A stretch of 64,000 nucleotides of DNA from Corallococcus sp. (GCA_023667435.1 JAMPAB010000002.1:41180-105179); one strand, 5' to 3'. Shown: positions 1-9,515, numbered from the stretch's first letter. Translations and numbers: made by a program. Notes: generated by a model not told the origin, from the sequence alone.

Positions 1-4
1 CGGC

Positions 5-271
5 TTGACGAAGTATAACGCGCGCATTACGCCGTCAAAACCTTGCAGGTTCGATTACTGTATGGCTAAAGGCAATATCCGAGATTACGCAACGATAGAA
101 CAGTTGCTTGTGATAGCGAATATGGAAAGTTTGAACGCATATCTCATAGAACAAGGTTTACCTCAGAGCGAAAGGTTAAAGCAACTAAACGCTATGGCGG
201 TATCACAGCTTCGAGTATTGCAACAAAGCAATTCGTGGCTGCTTGCGGAAGGCAAGAAAGATGACGAATAA
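5..271 (+). CDS. hypothetical protein, probably the 3' part of a gene cut by the window edge
   Basis: The reading frame stays open back to nt 2, so the TTG at 5 is probably not the true start. Stop TAA at 269-271, with a hairpin 55 nt downstream. No motif I can name with confidence. Confidence 0.4.
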   Translation: MTKYNARITPSKPCRFDYCMAKGNIRDYATIEQLLVIANMESLNAYLIEQGLPQSERLKQLNAMAVSQLRVLQQSNSWLLAEGKKDDE

Positions 272-325
272 CTACTGGCGTAGCAGCGTATAAAATTCAC
301 AAACAGCTTAAATTCAATGTTAAAT

Positions 326-370
326 GGGGCTGTCGCAAATTAGTAAAAAACTTGCGACAGCCCCATTCTC
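326..370 (+). terminator. hairpin terminator downstream of ORF 5..271
   Basis: GGGGCTGTCGCAA (326-338) pairs perfectly with TTGCGACAGCCCC (352-364) across a 13-nt loop. The tail ATTCTCTTT is only weakly T-rich. The same stem sequence recurs at 45996-46025 and at 58904/59025. Confidence 0.65.
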
Positions 371-518
371 TTTAACCTACGACTTACCAAAAATTTCCTA
401 TTGAAATTACGGTAACGGGGAAAGCGTTTTTTTAACGTCGAAAAAATTCAACCCGTTCCGAGCGATACGGAAAATACGCATACAAAAAACGTGAATTTTC
501 GCAATGTTTCGTTTTTTA

Positions 519-547
519 TTGACAATATATCAAATATATTTTATTAT
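519..547 (+). promoter_or_regulatory. sigma-A type promoter for the giant adhesin gene
   Basis: TTGACA (519-524), 17-nt spacer, TATTAT (542-547). GGAG at 590-593 lies 8 nt before ATG 602. Confidence 0.55.
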
Positions 548-601
548 TAGAAAGATATAAAGTTTTATTTTATATTATTACACATTTTTGGAGAACGAAT
601 T

Positions 602-787
602 ATGAAAAAACAAAAAATGATGACGCGAAAAATATCTTTGACGGTATTTTTTGCAACGGTTATCGCGCTTTGCATATTCGGACTTCTCCTCACTCAAATT
701 ATTTACGGGGATACGCTTGTTATGGGCGAAACTGCTAACGCAAGCGATACCCCCCCCGTCACGAAACTGCGGTTGAGTACGTTATAG
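602..787 (+). CDS. signal-peptide / N-terminal segment of the giant adhesin, separated from the body by a frameshift in a C8 tract
   Basis: ATG 602 has an SD. MKKQKMMTRKISLTVFFATVIALCIFGLLL reads as a basic n-region plus hydrophobic core. The frame ends at TAG 785-787, 28 nt after the C8 run. The body ORF frame opens at 739. Confidence 0.7.
   Translation: MKKQKMMTRKISLTVFFATVIALCIFGLLLTQIIYGDTLVMGETANASDTPPVTKLRLSTL
750..757 (+). repeat. C8 homopolymer at the junction of the two adhesin reading frames
   Basis: Direct count gives c750-c757. The frame-2 and frame-1 ORFs overlap only across 739-787. C9 or C6 would fuse them. The tract also forms the heptamer C_CCC_CCC in the upstream frame. 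Confidence 0.95.
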
Positions 788-894
788 GCGACCGTTCCGT
801 TTCGGGAGAATATGAGGAGATTTCCAAAACGGAATACCGCTACAAAGACCTTGCAAACGGTTACAACGCGGCGATTGCAAAGGCTTTCGAACTG

Positions 895-3800
895 TTGAGC
901 CAAAGCGACAGCGACAACAAATACGTGCGCGTTACGCTTGCAGATGACTGGACGGCTTCGCAGACGAATCTCGAAGGATGGACTTCGTTCGGAAGCGGAG
1001 AGGGCTTTTCGTCGGGAAGAATATTCGTACCGTACGACGCGAATATCGTGCTGGACTTAAACGGAAAAATCGTCAACCGTGATTTAAGCGAGTATTACGG
1101 AAAGAACCCCAACGGCAGCGTATTGTACGTAGAAGGCAACCTGATTGTCGAGGACGGCGCGCCTGCTGTCACACATACGATTGCCGGTTATCGTTACGAT
1201 TGGGACGAGGGGTACACCGTCTTCGATTCCGAAACCGTTAACGGCGGAGTTATTACCGGAGGCAAAGCAGCAACCGGCGGAGGAATAAACGTGGCCGATT
1301 ACGGTACGCTTACGCTGTGCGGAGGCAACGTATTCGGCAACTGCAGCACGGGCAACGGCGGAGGAATAGCGCTCGGCGATTACTGTTCGTTCGTAATGGA
1401 CGGCGGTAAAATTTGGTACAACAGCGCAGAACAGGGAGACAGAAACAACGGCGGAGGAATAAGCGCCGAATACTGCCGCATTATTATCAACGGCGGAACA
1501 ATTTCAAATAACTACGCCGATTCACGCGGCGGAGGAATTTATTCGTCCGCAAACGGTTCCAGCGAGGGATTCGATGAGACCGGCGCTGCCGCGTTCGCGA
1601 TTTACGGAGGCGAAATATCCGAGAACATATCCTCTGCCGAAGGAAGCGGTATTTACTACTCCCAAAACACCTGCATGATCGTCGGCGGATCCCTAGAATA
1701 TAATACGAGCCAGCGCAATTGGGCGGTGTACGGTTCGGGCGATTTGTACGTAGGCGGCAATGCCCGCATTGACAATAATAACTCTGATGAAGGGTATGGG
1801 GAAGAGTATATTTACGATTCCAACATAGGCTTGGCAACGGGCTGCTGCTTGCGCGTTACGGGCAGTTTTGAAGAAGGCGCGTTTTTTGCCGTATCCGACC
1901 CGACAATAGAGATTGTCAATTACGACAACTACGGCTATTCGTACGGTTCGGAAGAAACCGACGAGAACGGCAATCCGGTTGCGCAGCGCAATATCGACGA
2001 AGACGGACATCCCATCGATCCGACAACGTTTTTCGAGTACGACGAATACGACGGAATAAAATATAATATAACCCGCGTACAAAACGGCGCAGGCACGAGT
2101 TTGCCTCAGGCCTATTCGGGAACGCTGCGCGCTACAACCTACAACGTCATATGGTATCTATATCAGACGAACGAGGAAGGAACAGACGTGTCGAAAGTTA
2201 CTTACGGCAATCAATGTTACGAATCGGACAAAAACGCAACGGTAATACGTTATCCCGTTACAGAATACGGTACTTGGGAAAACAGATACAGAACGGGTAT
2301 TATGGCGAAAGTACTCGACGAAAACGACAACATAATAAACACGCTGGAGGCGGAAGTATACTATCCTTATCAAGGCACTCCCCGCAATTACGCGCCGTTT
2401 ACCACCTCCCACAACGACACATTGGAAACGGATCACCCGTACTCCGTAAGAATAAAGGTAAACGAAGAATACCTGTGGGTATCTCTCGATATTTACGCGA
2501 CGTCGATAGCGGACGCTGAGGTAACGGCGGAGATTCACGAAGATGCGAGATACTATCGGCTGGACGAAAATCTAAATGGGCGAATAAGCCTTACTGAAAA
2601 TGATTTCGATATAACGGTAACATTGAAGGACGGAACGGAGCTTACAAAAGGCGAGCATTATACCGTCAGTCTACCCAATCCGGATCCGAACGTCTACGAA
2701 AAGTTTTACGTTGAAATAAAGGGCATAAATACTTATAGCGGCACAAAGTCGTCAAACCTATTGTCTCTCGAAACAAACGAAAATCTCGAGTGTTATTTTG
2801 ACTACTGGCAAATTATAACTTACAATACCGATACAGAAAACATAGAGCGTACAAATTCCGAAACCAATCCGCATGTGATTGATTACGACTTCTACTATGC
2901 CGAAGAACAGCTGCTGGGAAGAAACTTTGCAAAAGACTTGAACGCTCACTGTTACTACAAAGTTGCCAATGCCGACGCTGACGACAATAGAAAATATGCC
3001 GCCAACGTATATTTTAATGCCGCTTCGGAAAACGGGGTCGCATTCGATATTTACAAGAAAGTCGAAGGAAAATGGACGCTTCTCGACGGCAACGAAATAA
3101 TAGGCATCGGCGAATATAAAATAGAACTTAGCACAAACAAGGTTTCTACCCCAAATGCGATGATTAGAGAAACTACTTTCAAACCGTTTTATCTAACCGT
3201 TAACCCGCTTGAGATAGATTCAGTATTATCCGTCGTCGATGGCGACAAAGGAGGATCAGGCGCGAAACTTAACGACGCGCTGAAGATATACTACAACGGC
3301 GACAACCTCGCCGACGTGTTGAAAAAGGATGACGCTTACATCAGTAACGGAGTAACGACGGTGTTGACGGAAGACGGCGATACCGTATACGTTTACTACA
3401 ACGGCAACAAAATGAACGTCAAAATAAGCGACAGCTTGGAGATCCAAAGACTTCCGTATAGGGAAGACGGCGAATGGCAGTACAAATGGTTACTTGTCAA
3501 AGATATCGGCAAAGCGTATATTACTCACAGCATAGGAGACGAAACGGGTATTGCCGGCGAGTCGGAAACCCTAACGCTAATCACCACAACGGTCAGAATA
3601 GAATTTGAGAACTTTATATTTGAGGTGCAACGCGAAGTCGAAGTAGAAAATGACGGCGAAGTTACAGTCGAAACCGTAACCGAATACGTAAACTACTTAG
3701 AAACGACGTTTAACTGGGCGATAGTAACTGCCTGCAACAACGTTCTCGGCGAGGACGATAAAGCGTATACGCCCGTAAAAAACGGCGGAGAAACGCCTAA

Positions 3801-6800
3801 AATAGAATACGGCGACGCGATCGACGTACCCAAAGCGCGCTACGGCGACGGAGTGATACTGCGCATTACAAAAGCCGACAACATTGACGAAAAATTCGTA
3901 GCGGTAGACGTATACGGTGCGACAGCGCTGTACGGTTACAGCGAAACGGCCGAAGGCAACTTGGGCGACAAAATCGGCAAAACGTTCGACGAATACGTTG
4001 CGGAGATTATCCGTAAAGGCGGCACGGGAAATTACAAACTTTACGCGCAGACGGCGGACTACACCGACAACGCAACGGGAATTAAGTATGTTTCCGCCGT
4101 ACAGGAATACGCTTTTACCGTTACCGCGCGCAATATCGGAAAGGAAGGAGAGGACATCAGAATAACCGTAACAGGCGAATACTCTTATACGGGCAGCCAA
4201 ATAACACCCGACGTTTACGTCTTAATAGACGGCATACCGTGCAAAGCAGGAGTCGACTACACCGTTTCTTACGGCGAAAACCTACTTGCGGGAACGAAAA
4301 CCGGCAGCATCACCGTAAATGGCACAGGCGTATATGAGGGAGAAAAGACGGTAGAGTTCGATATAGCGAAAGCCGCCAACAAGTGGACGATACTGAGTAT
4401 GTCCGTGTGGAATCACAATGCGTATAACGCGGACGAACACATTATAATATCCTACGCGCCCGTCGGACGCGACAGCGCGACGTACAAAATAGAAAAGTTC
4501 GAAGACAAACAGTGGAAATCGGTTGCAGGGCTGGAAGCTTTCAAAATAGACGCGAAAGGCAAGATCATAGACGATCAAGAAGGCGCAATCACCGACGCGC
4601 TTAACGGACTTCGCGACAAAAACAGACTTATCGCAACGATTGCAGAAAGCGACAACTACTACGGAGACACGACGGACTTCGAATTCGACATAGAAGCGCT
4701 GCAATCCTCTTACGCCGCGCCGCAGCTTATGCACTTGACGACGGGCGCAGGCAAGAACGACGTTTATACGGGACATATCCTGTCGATAGGTATTCAAAAC
4801 TACAATCCTACGGGAATGAAAGCGGAATTGGACGACGGACTTACGCTCGAAGGCAACGTACTGTACGCAACCGACGCGGGAACGTACACGGTAACGATTA
4901 CGCTGACGGGCGAGGACAGCGTTTGGAGCGACGGTTACGAAGGAGTAAGCCGAACGTTCACGTGGACTGTAAACAAACAAAAGGTTACCATACCCGCTTA
5001 CGGAGTTCGTTTACTTACGTACAACGGACAGGCGCAAACATATTTACCCGCAGGATTTGACTCGGCGACGATGGAAATATCCGAAAATACGGGAACGAAT
5101 GCGGACACGTACACCGCTGTTATAAAGTTGAAAGATACCGACAACTACGAGTGGGCAAATAACGCACAGGGAGAAATTCCGTACGAATTCGAAATAAAAC
5201 AAGCAAACAACGAGTGGACTGCGCTGAGCATCACGGAATGGTACAGCAAACACTACGACGCGGCAGTCAACAGAATAGCAGCATCTGCGGCGTTCGGTTA
5301 CGCGCAGGCGACGTACAAAATAGAAACGTACGTCGGCGGAAGATGGACGGCGGTTGAAGACCTGAACGGATTCAAAATCGACGCGAACGGCAAAATCATA
5401 GACGACAAAAACGGCAAAATTACCGACGCTCTGAACAAACTTCGCGGACAGTACAGACTTACCGCAGCTATTGCGGAAAGCGACAACTTTACGGAAGCGA
5501 CCGATAGTTTCGAGTTTGAAATCGAAGTGCTGTTGACAACCTACGCAACGCCCCGTCTGCTGCTTTTGACGACGGGCGCAGGCAAAAACAACGCTTACAC
5601 GGGGCACGAACTGTCTATCGGCATACAGAACTTGAACCTTGAAGGAATGGATATCGAACTGAGCGCAAAGAACGGATTTTCGCGCGTAGGCGGTACGCTG
5701 TACGCAACCGAAGCGGGAACGTACACGGTAACAATCGAGCTGTCGAACGAGGACAGCGTTTGGAGCAACGGTACGTCAAACGCGATAACGTTGGAGTGGG
5801 TAATAAGAAAACAAACGGTTGCCGCGCCCGCTTACGGAGAAACGGTACTTACGTACACAGGAAGCGAGCAAACTTACTTGCCCGAAGGGTTCGACGATTC
5901 CGTTATGGAAATATCCGAAAATACGGGAACGAACGTAGCTCGGTACACGGCAACGATAAGTCTTAAAGACCCCGACAACTACGAATGGAGTTCCAACCCC
6001 GACGCTGCTGCGCGTTCGTACGTATTCGACATAACGAAAGCCATGAACCGCTACACCACTCTGAGCATAGCGACGTGGTATTACCGCGATTACAATCCCG
6101 ACGTCAACAGAATAGTTTTCGACGCGGCGTTCGGTCTTGTACAGGCAACGTACAAAATAGAAAAGTACGTTGACGAAACCTGGACGGACGTTGAAGGTTT
6201 GGAAGACTTTAAGCTTGATGCGGACGGCAACGTTATAGACGAGGGCGGCAAGATTGCCGAAATATTGAACGGACTTCGCGGCAAATACAGACTTACCGCC
6301 GTAATAGAAGGAAACGACAATTACAGCGAAATAACCGCAACTTCTTACGAATTCAGTATCGTAATTCTGCCTACGAAGTACGACACGCCCGAACTTATGT
6401 ATCTGACGGCGGGCATAGGCAAAAACGACGTTTACACGGGACACGTTCTGTCGATAAGTATTCAGAACTTTAACATTGCCGGAATGGATATCGACCTGAG
6501 CGAGGGACTGACGATCGAAGGAAACGTGCTATACGCGACGAACGCGGGCACCTATACCGCTACGATTACTCTGTTGAGCGACGACAGCGAATGGGGCGAC
6601 GGACTGGGCGGAAACAGCAGAACGTTTACCTGGACGATCGGCAAAATAAAAGTTGCCGTGCCCGATTACGGAACGACGAAGCTTTCGTACAACGGAAGCG
6701 AACAGACGTACCTGCCGAAAGGGTTTGACGCGGCGACAATGGAAATATCCGACAATACGGGAACGGACGCCGACACGTACACGGCGAAAGTAAGACTTAA

Positions 6801-7092
6801 AGACCCCGTCAATTACGAGTGGGATAACCCCGACTACGGCGTGGAAATCCCCTATCAATTCGAAATAGAAAGCGCGACAAGGTTGTTTATAACGATCGTG
6901 TGCATACTTGCCGCCGCTGCGGCGGTTGCCGCGTTTGCCGCGCTTGCGCAATGGCTGATGCACAGACAACGCTTGAAAGTATTCGCAATGGCGAACGAAA
7001 CGGATAGCGACGAGAACGACGGCGAAGACGTTGACGGTGAAGAAGAAAACGAAAACGACGTTGAAGAACACGACGAAGGAGGTAACGAGTAA
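895..7092 (+). CDS. giant surface adhesin-like protein body (2,065 aa as tracked; frame open from 739)
   Basis: The N-terminal third has repeated GGGI/GGG-type turns (ATGGGINV, NGGGIALGD, NNGGGISAEY, SRGGGIYS, GSGIYYS), typical of PMP-like right-handed beta-helices. Three ~277-aa tandem repeats follow. A C-terminal TM helix (LFITIVCILAAAAAVAAFAALAQWL) is followed by a poly-acidic tail. The tracked start is a TTG without an SD. Confidence 0.9.
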   Translation: MSQSDSDNKYVRVTLADDWTASQTNLEGWTSFGSGEGFSSGRIFVPYDANIVLDLNGKIVNRDLSEYYGKNPNGSVLYVEGNLIVEDGAPAVTHTIAGYRYDWDEGYTVFDSETVNGGVITGGKAATGGGINVADYGTLTLCGGNVFGNCSTGNGGGIALGDYCSFVMDGGKIWYNSAEQGDRNNGGGISAEYCRIIINGGTISNNYADSRGGGIYSSANGSSEGFDETGAAAFAIYGGEISENISSAEGSGIYYSQNTCMIVGGSLEYNTSQRNWAVYGSGDLYVGGNARIDNNNSDEGYGEEYIYDSNIGLATGCCLRVTGSFEEGAFFAVSDPTIEIVNYDNYGYSYGSEETDENGNPVAQRNIDEDGHPIDPTTFFEYDEYDGIKYNITRVQNGAGTSLPQAYSGTLRATTYNVIWYLYQTNEEGTDVSKVTYGNQCYESDKNATVIRYPVTEYGTWENRYRTGIMAKVLDENDNIINTLEAEVYYPYQGTPRNYAPFTTSHNDTLETDHPYSVRIKVNEEYLWVSLDIYATSIADAEVTAEIHEDARYYRLDENLNGRISLTENDFDITVTLKDGTELTKGEHYTVSLPNPDPNVYEKFYVEIKGINTYSGTKSSNLLSLETNENLECYFDYWQIITYNTDTENIERTNSETNPHVIDYDFYYAEEQLLGRNFAKDLNAHCYYKVANADADDNRKYAANVYFNAASENGVAFDIYKKVEGKWTLLDGNEIIGIGEYKIELSTNKVSTPNAMIRETTFKPFYLTVNPLEIDSVLSVVDGDKGGSGAKLNDALKIYYNGDNLADVLKKDDAYISNGVTTVLTEDGDTVYVYYNGNKMNVKISDSLEIQRLPYREDGEWQYKWLLVKDIGKAYITHSIGDETGIAGESETLTLITTTVRIEFENFIFEVQREVEVENDGEVTVETVTEYVNYLETTFNWAIVTACNNVLGEDDKAYTPVKNGGETPKIEYGDAIDVPKARYGDGVILRITKADNIDEKFVAVDVYGATALYGYSETAEGNLGDKIGKTFDEYVAEIIRKGGTGNYKLYAQTADYTDNATGIKYVSAVQEYAFTVTARNIGKEGEDIRITVTGEYSYTGSQITPDVYVLIDGIPCKAGVDYTVSYGENLLAGTKTGSITVNGTGVYEGEKTVEFDIAKAANKWTILSMSVWNHNAYNADEHIIISYAPVGRDSATYKIEKFEDKQWKSVAGLEAFKIDAKGKIIDDQEGAITDALNGLRDKNRLIATIAESDNYYGDTTDFEFDIEALQSSYAAPQLMHLTTGAGKNDVYTGHILSIGIQNYNPTGMKAELDDGLTLEGNVLYATDAGTYTVTITLTGEDSVWSDGYEGVSRTFTWTVNKQKVTIPAYGVRLLTYNGQAQTYLPAGFDSATMEISENTGTNADTYTAVIKLKDTDNYEWANNAQGEIPYEFEIKQANNEWTALSITEWYSKHYDAAVNRIAASAAFGYAQATYKIETYVGGRWTAVEDLNGFKIDANGKIIDDKNGKITDALNKLRGQYRLTAAIAESDNFTEATDSFEFEIEVLLTTYATPRLLLLTTGAGKNNAYTGHELSIGIQNLNLEGMDIELSAKNGFSRVGGTLYATEAGTYTVTIELSNEDSVWSNGTSNAITLEWVIRKQTVAAPAYGETVLTYTGSEQTYLPEGFDDSVMEISENTGTNVARYTATISLKDPDNYEWSSNPDAAARSYVFDITKAMNRYTTLSIATWYYRDYNPDVNRIVFDAAFGLVQATYKIEKYVDETWTDVEGLEDFKLDADGNVIDEGGKIAEILNGLRGKYRLTAVIEGNDNYSEITATSYEFSIVILPTKYDTPELMYLTAGIGKNDVYTGHVLSISIQNFNIAGMDIDLSEGLTIEGNVLYATNAGTYTATITLLSDDSEWGDGLGGNSRTFTWTIGKIKVAVPDYGTTKLSYNGSEQTYLPKGFDAATMEISDNTGTDADTYTAKVRLKDPVNYEWDNPDYGVEIPYQFEIESATRLFITIVCILAAAAAVAAFAALAQWLMHRQRLKVFAMANETDSDENDGEDVDGEEENENDVEEHDEGGNE
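4375..6870 (+). repeat. three in-frame tandem repeats of ~0.83 kb inside the adhesin gene
   Basis: Units start at about 4375 (ANKWTILS), 5203 (ANNEWTALS) and 6040 (AMNRYTTLS). Periods are 828 and 837 nt. The protein units are clearly homologous (…ATYKIE.…W..V.GLE.FK.DA.GKIIDD… GAGKN.VYTGH.LSIGIQN… TYLP.GFD..TMEISENTGT…). Confidence 0.85.
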
Positions 7093-8030
7093 TGAACGCA
7101 TTTAATTTACTTGCCGGAATATTTTATCCGTGGCAAACGACGGTAATTGCAGTCGTATCGCTTGTAATAGCGGGATTTATCGTCTTAAACGTTTACTTCG
7201 CGTTCAAATTCCGCATTGCCGCCGAACGCAAAATGTTCGATGACGAATTGCAGGGCAAGCGCGACGCGCTTATGGCAAGATTGAACTACCTGTACGCAGG
7301 CGGAGAGGCAGACAAACACGACTGGATGTTCTTCCTTAATTCCGAAGACGACGAGGAGGAAACTGCGGCGACCGAAACGGTTGCGGCGGAAGAAGGCAAA
7401 CAGCCCATGAATACGGTGTTGCTGCGCGTAGACGATTTGCAGCCGCGCGTACGCTTGAAGTTGGGTATGCGCGCAAAACGTTTCGACGGCAAATGCTTTT
7501 ACGTACGTTACCGCTTCGGGTTCGACGCGAAGCTGCGCTTTGCAGACGACGAAACGAAGGAAAGATACGTTCAAATTATGGACAACTTCCGCTCGTACGA
7601 AGGAGTTTCCATCGAAAAGAGCTTTGCCTCGCAACGCGTTATGTTAGGCAAGACAATGCTTGCTTCGGTTACTTTTGCGGGACAGCGTATGTGCGTAGGC
7701 TTTGCGGTAGAACCGACCGAAGAATACACTACGGGACAATATCGCGGCGAGGACAAATCGGACAAGAAACGCTTTGCAAAAACGCCCGTAGTAGTACGTA
7801 TACTAAGCGGCGAAAACAAGACGGAAGCCGTAAGAAGACTGTTTGCAAAAATTGCGGAAAAGAACGGTATCGTTCGCGGCGAAACGAAGAAATACGTTTA
7901 CGACCTTGACGTACGCACGCAGGAACAGCTGATTGTGTCGGGCGCGGTGAAAGTTATAATAGTCGCCGACGCTCCGAACGAAACGGCAACGGCAAACGCC
8001 GCGCAAACGGCGCAAGTCGCGGCGGAATAG
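7092..8030 (+). CDS. hypothetical membrane-anchored protein, translationally coupled to the adhesin gene
   Basis: ATG 7092 overlaps the adhesin stop (TAATG). It has an N-terminal TM helix (TTVIAVVSLVIAGFIVLNVYFAFKF), an acidic linker and then a ~200-aa domain with no motif I recognise. Confidence 0.7.
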   Translation: MNAFNLLAGIFYPWQTTVIAVVSLVIAGFIVLNVYFAFKFRIAAERKMFDDELQGKRDALMARLNYLYAGGEADKHDWMFFLNSEDDEEETAATETVAAEEGKQPMNTVLLRVDDLQPRVRLKLGMRAKRFDGKCFYVRYRFGFDAKLRFADDETKERYVQIMDNFRSYEGVSIEKSFASQRVMLGKTMLASVTFAGQRMCVGFAVEPTEEYTTGQYRGEDKSDKKRFAKTPVVVRILSGENKTEAVRRLFAKIAEKNGIVRGETKKYVYDLDVRTQEQLIVSGAVKVIIVADAPNETATANAAQTAQVAAE

Positions 8031-8064
8031 GCGCATATAATTACAATTAACGAGAGGTGTCAAT

Positions 8065-8292
8065 ATGACTAAGAAAAAAGAATTGAAAAAATCGATAGAA
8101 GCGTCGCGCGCGGAAATCGATAATCTGACGTACAAACTTCAACGCTCGATGGTAGCTATAATCGAAGCGATTGTGGAAAACCGCAAACCGAGCGACAAGG
8201 ACATAGAATACTTTAAAACGTTTTCCGCTCTTATCGACGTTGAACGCGCGAACCTGCAAAAACTGACGGAACAGTTGGCAACGCTTAACTGA
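8065..8292 (+). CDS. small coiled-coil-like hypothetical protein (75 aa)
   Basis: ATG follows GAGAGGTG. The composition is a heptad-like charged helix. A strong bidirectional terminator lies ~90 nt downstream. Confidence 0.55.
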   Translation: MTKKKELKKSIEASRAEIDNLTYKLQRSMVAIIEAIVENRKPSDKDIEYFKTFSALIDVERANLQKLTEQLATLN

Positions 8293-8380
8293 CGCGCGAA
8301 CGCGCTTTCCGTTAGAAATCGGACAACGAAAGTTTCTTTGTAAAATGTGCGGAAGTTTCATTCCGACAAACAATCAAAAA

Positions 8381-8419
8381 AGTCTCTCCCGCTGCATAGT
8401 AGCGGGAGAGACTTTTTTA
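8381..8419. terminator. bidirectional rho-independent terminator between convergent units
   Basis: AGTCTCTCCCGC (8381-8392) pairs with GCGGGAGAGACT (8402-8413). It is preceded by A6 and followed by T6, and sits between the + gene ending at 8292 and aroK ending at 8590. Confidence 0.8.
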
Positions 8420-8589
8420 TTAGAACGTACGCGGACGGTTTTTTTTTGCAACACCGAATTGTCAACGCGATACGAAGTAATAAAAGGCAGATAAACTCGT
8501 TTAAAACTGTTTAGTCGTTTATGATAAAAAACGCTTTTTCGATAAATTAAACACGTAGTCGTTTGTGAAACCGCTTGCCGCAACGGAAA

Positions 8590-9084
8590 TCACTCGAAAA
8601 GTTTATTGTAAATTTCTTCGGCGACTTGAATGGAAGTTTTGCCGTCGGTAGAGACTATTACGTCGGCATAACGCGAATAATACGCGCTGCGTTCCGCAAT
8701 TATCGCTTCTATTTCGTTTGCATTAAGTCCGTCGAAAAGAGGGCGCGGAGAATCTCCCAAACGGCAAAGAACGGAGTCCGCCGTCACCGTCAGCCACACT
8801 ACCGTAGCGTTACGGGCAAAGGAAGCGAAACCGTCGGATAACACGCTGCCGCCACCGCAGGAAATAACGACGTCGTTTACGTCTTGCAAACTGCTTAAAA
8901 CAACGCTTTCCGTTTTGCGGAACTCCGCTTCGCCCGACGTTTCGAATATTTCCGATATACTGCGTTTTGCCGTGCGTTCCGCTTCTTTGTCTACGTCTAT
9001 ATGTTTAAGCCTCAGTTTGTCCGACAAAAGCGCGCCGACCGTAGATTTGTAGGAACACGCAAAACCTATCAAAATTATTTTCAT
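8590..9084 (-). CDS. aroK: shikimate kinase (atypical P-loop)
   Basis: Size (164 aa), operon context and overall AroK-like sequence (MKIILIGF....KSTVG..L...L, CGGGSV) support the call. The P-loop reads GFACSYKST rather than GFMGxGKST. Confidence 0.8.
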   Translation of the reverse strand: MKIILIGFACSYKSTVGALLSDKLRLKHIDVDKEAERTAKRSISEIFETSGEAEFRKTESVVLSSLQDVNDVVISCGGGSVLSDGFASFARNATVVWLTVTADSVLCRLGDSPRPLFDGLNANEIEAIIAERSAYYSRYADVIVSTDGKTSIQVAEEIYNKLFE

Positions 9085-9515
9085 TTTTTATCCTTGACAG
9101 AATTCACCGCAAAGTCAACCGCTTCGAAATAGCTTTCTATGCCCTTGCCGTAAAAATACCCCGCGCATACGTCTTTAAGTACGTCCGTTTTGCGGAAATC
9201 TTCGCGCGAATAAATATCCGACATATGAACTTCAATAACGGGGACGTCGATACATTCGATGCAATCGCGCAAAGCGTAGCTGTAATGGCTGTACGCGCCG
9301 GCGTTAAATATCACGGCGTCGCACTTCGTCTGCTGCAATATTTCCACAAGACGTCCTTCGTAATTGCTATGCACCGTTACCGTCTTTACGTCTTTTTCCT
9401 TAGCGTAAGCGGCAACCTTTTTTTCTAAAACGTCCAGAGTGTCTTTGCCGTAGCAGTCGGGATTACGCCGTCCCAGCATATTCATATTAACGCCGTTAAG
9501 TAACAGTATTTTCAT
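9081..9515 (-). CDS. aroQ: type II 3-dehydroquinate dehydratase
   Basis: MKILLLNGVNMNMLGRRNPDCYG... is an AroQ-type N-terminus. Length 144 aa. Its stop overlaps the aroK start (ATGA). Confidence 0.9.
   Translation of the reverse strand: MKILLLNGVNMNMLGRRNPDCYGKDTLDVLEKKVAAYAKEKDVKTVTVHSNYEGRLVEILQQTKCDAVIFNAGAYSHYSYALRDCIECIDVPVIEVHMSDIYSREDFRKTDVLKDVCAGYFYGKGIESYFEAVDFAVNSVKDKK

Noticed and set aside
1-600. A prophage or mobile-element edge at the left end of the window, suggested by weak resemblance of ORF 5..271 to C-termini of antirepressor/DinD-type proteins.
   Set aside because: The resemblance is from memory and weak. Only 88 aa are visible, and there is no integrase, repeat or att-like feature.
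4375-6870. The adhesin tandem repeats as a diversity-generating retroelement target/template pair.
   Set aside because: There is no reverse transcriptase anywhere in the window. The differences between repeats are spread over all bases rather than being adenine-specific.
8439-8447. The T9 run (8439-8447) and the A9 run (17789-17797) as additional phase-variation tracts.
   Set aside because: The A9 run is the U-tail of a terminator hairpin. The T9 run is intergenic and not positioned in a promoter spacer, SD or CDS. A/T runs of this size are unremarkable in AT-rich intergenic DNA.
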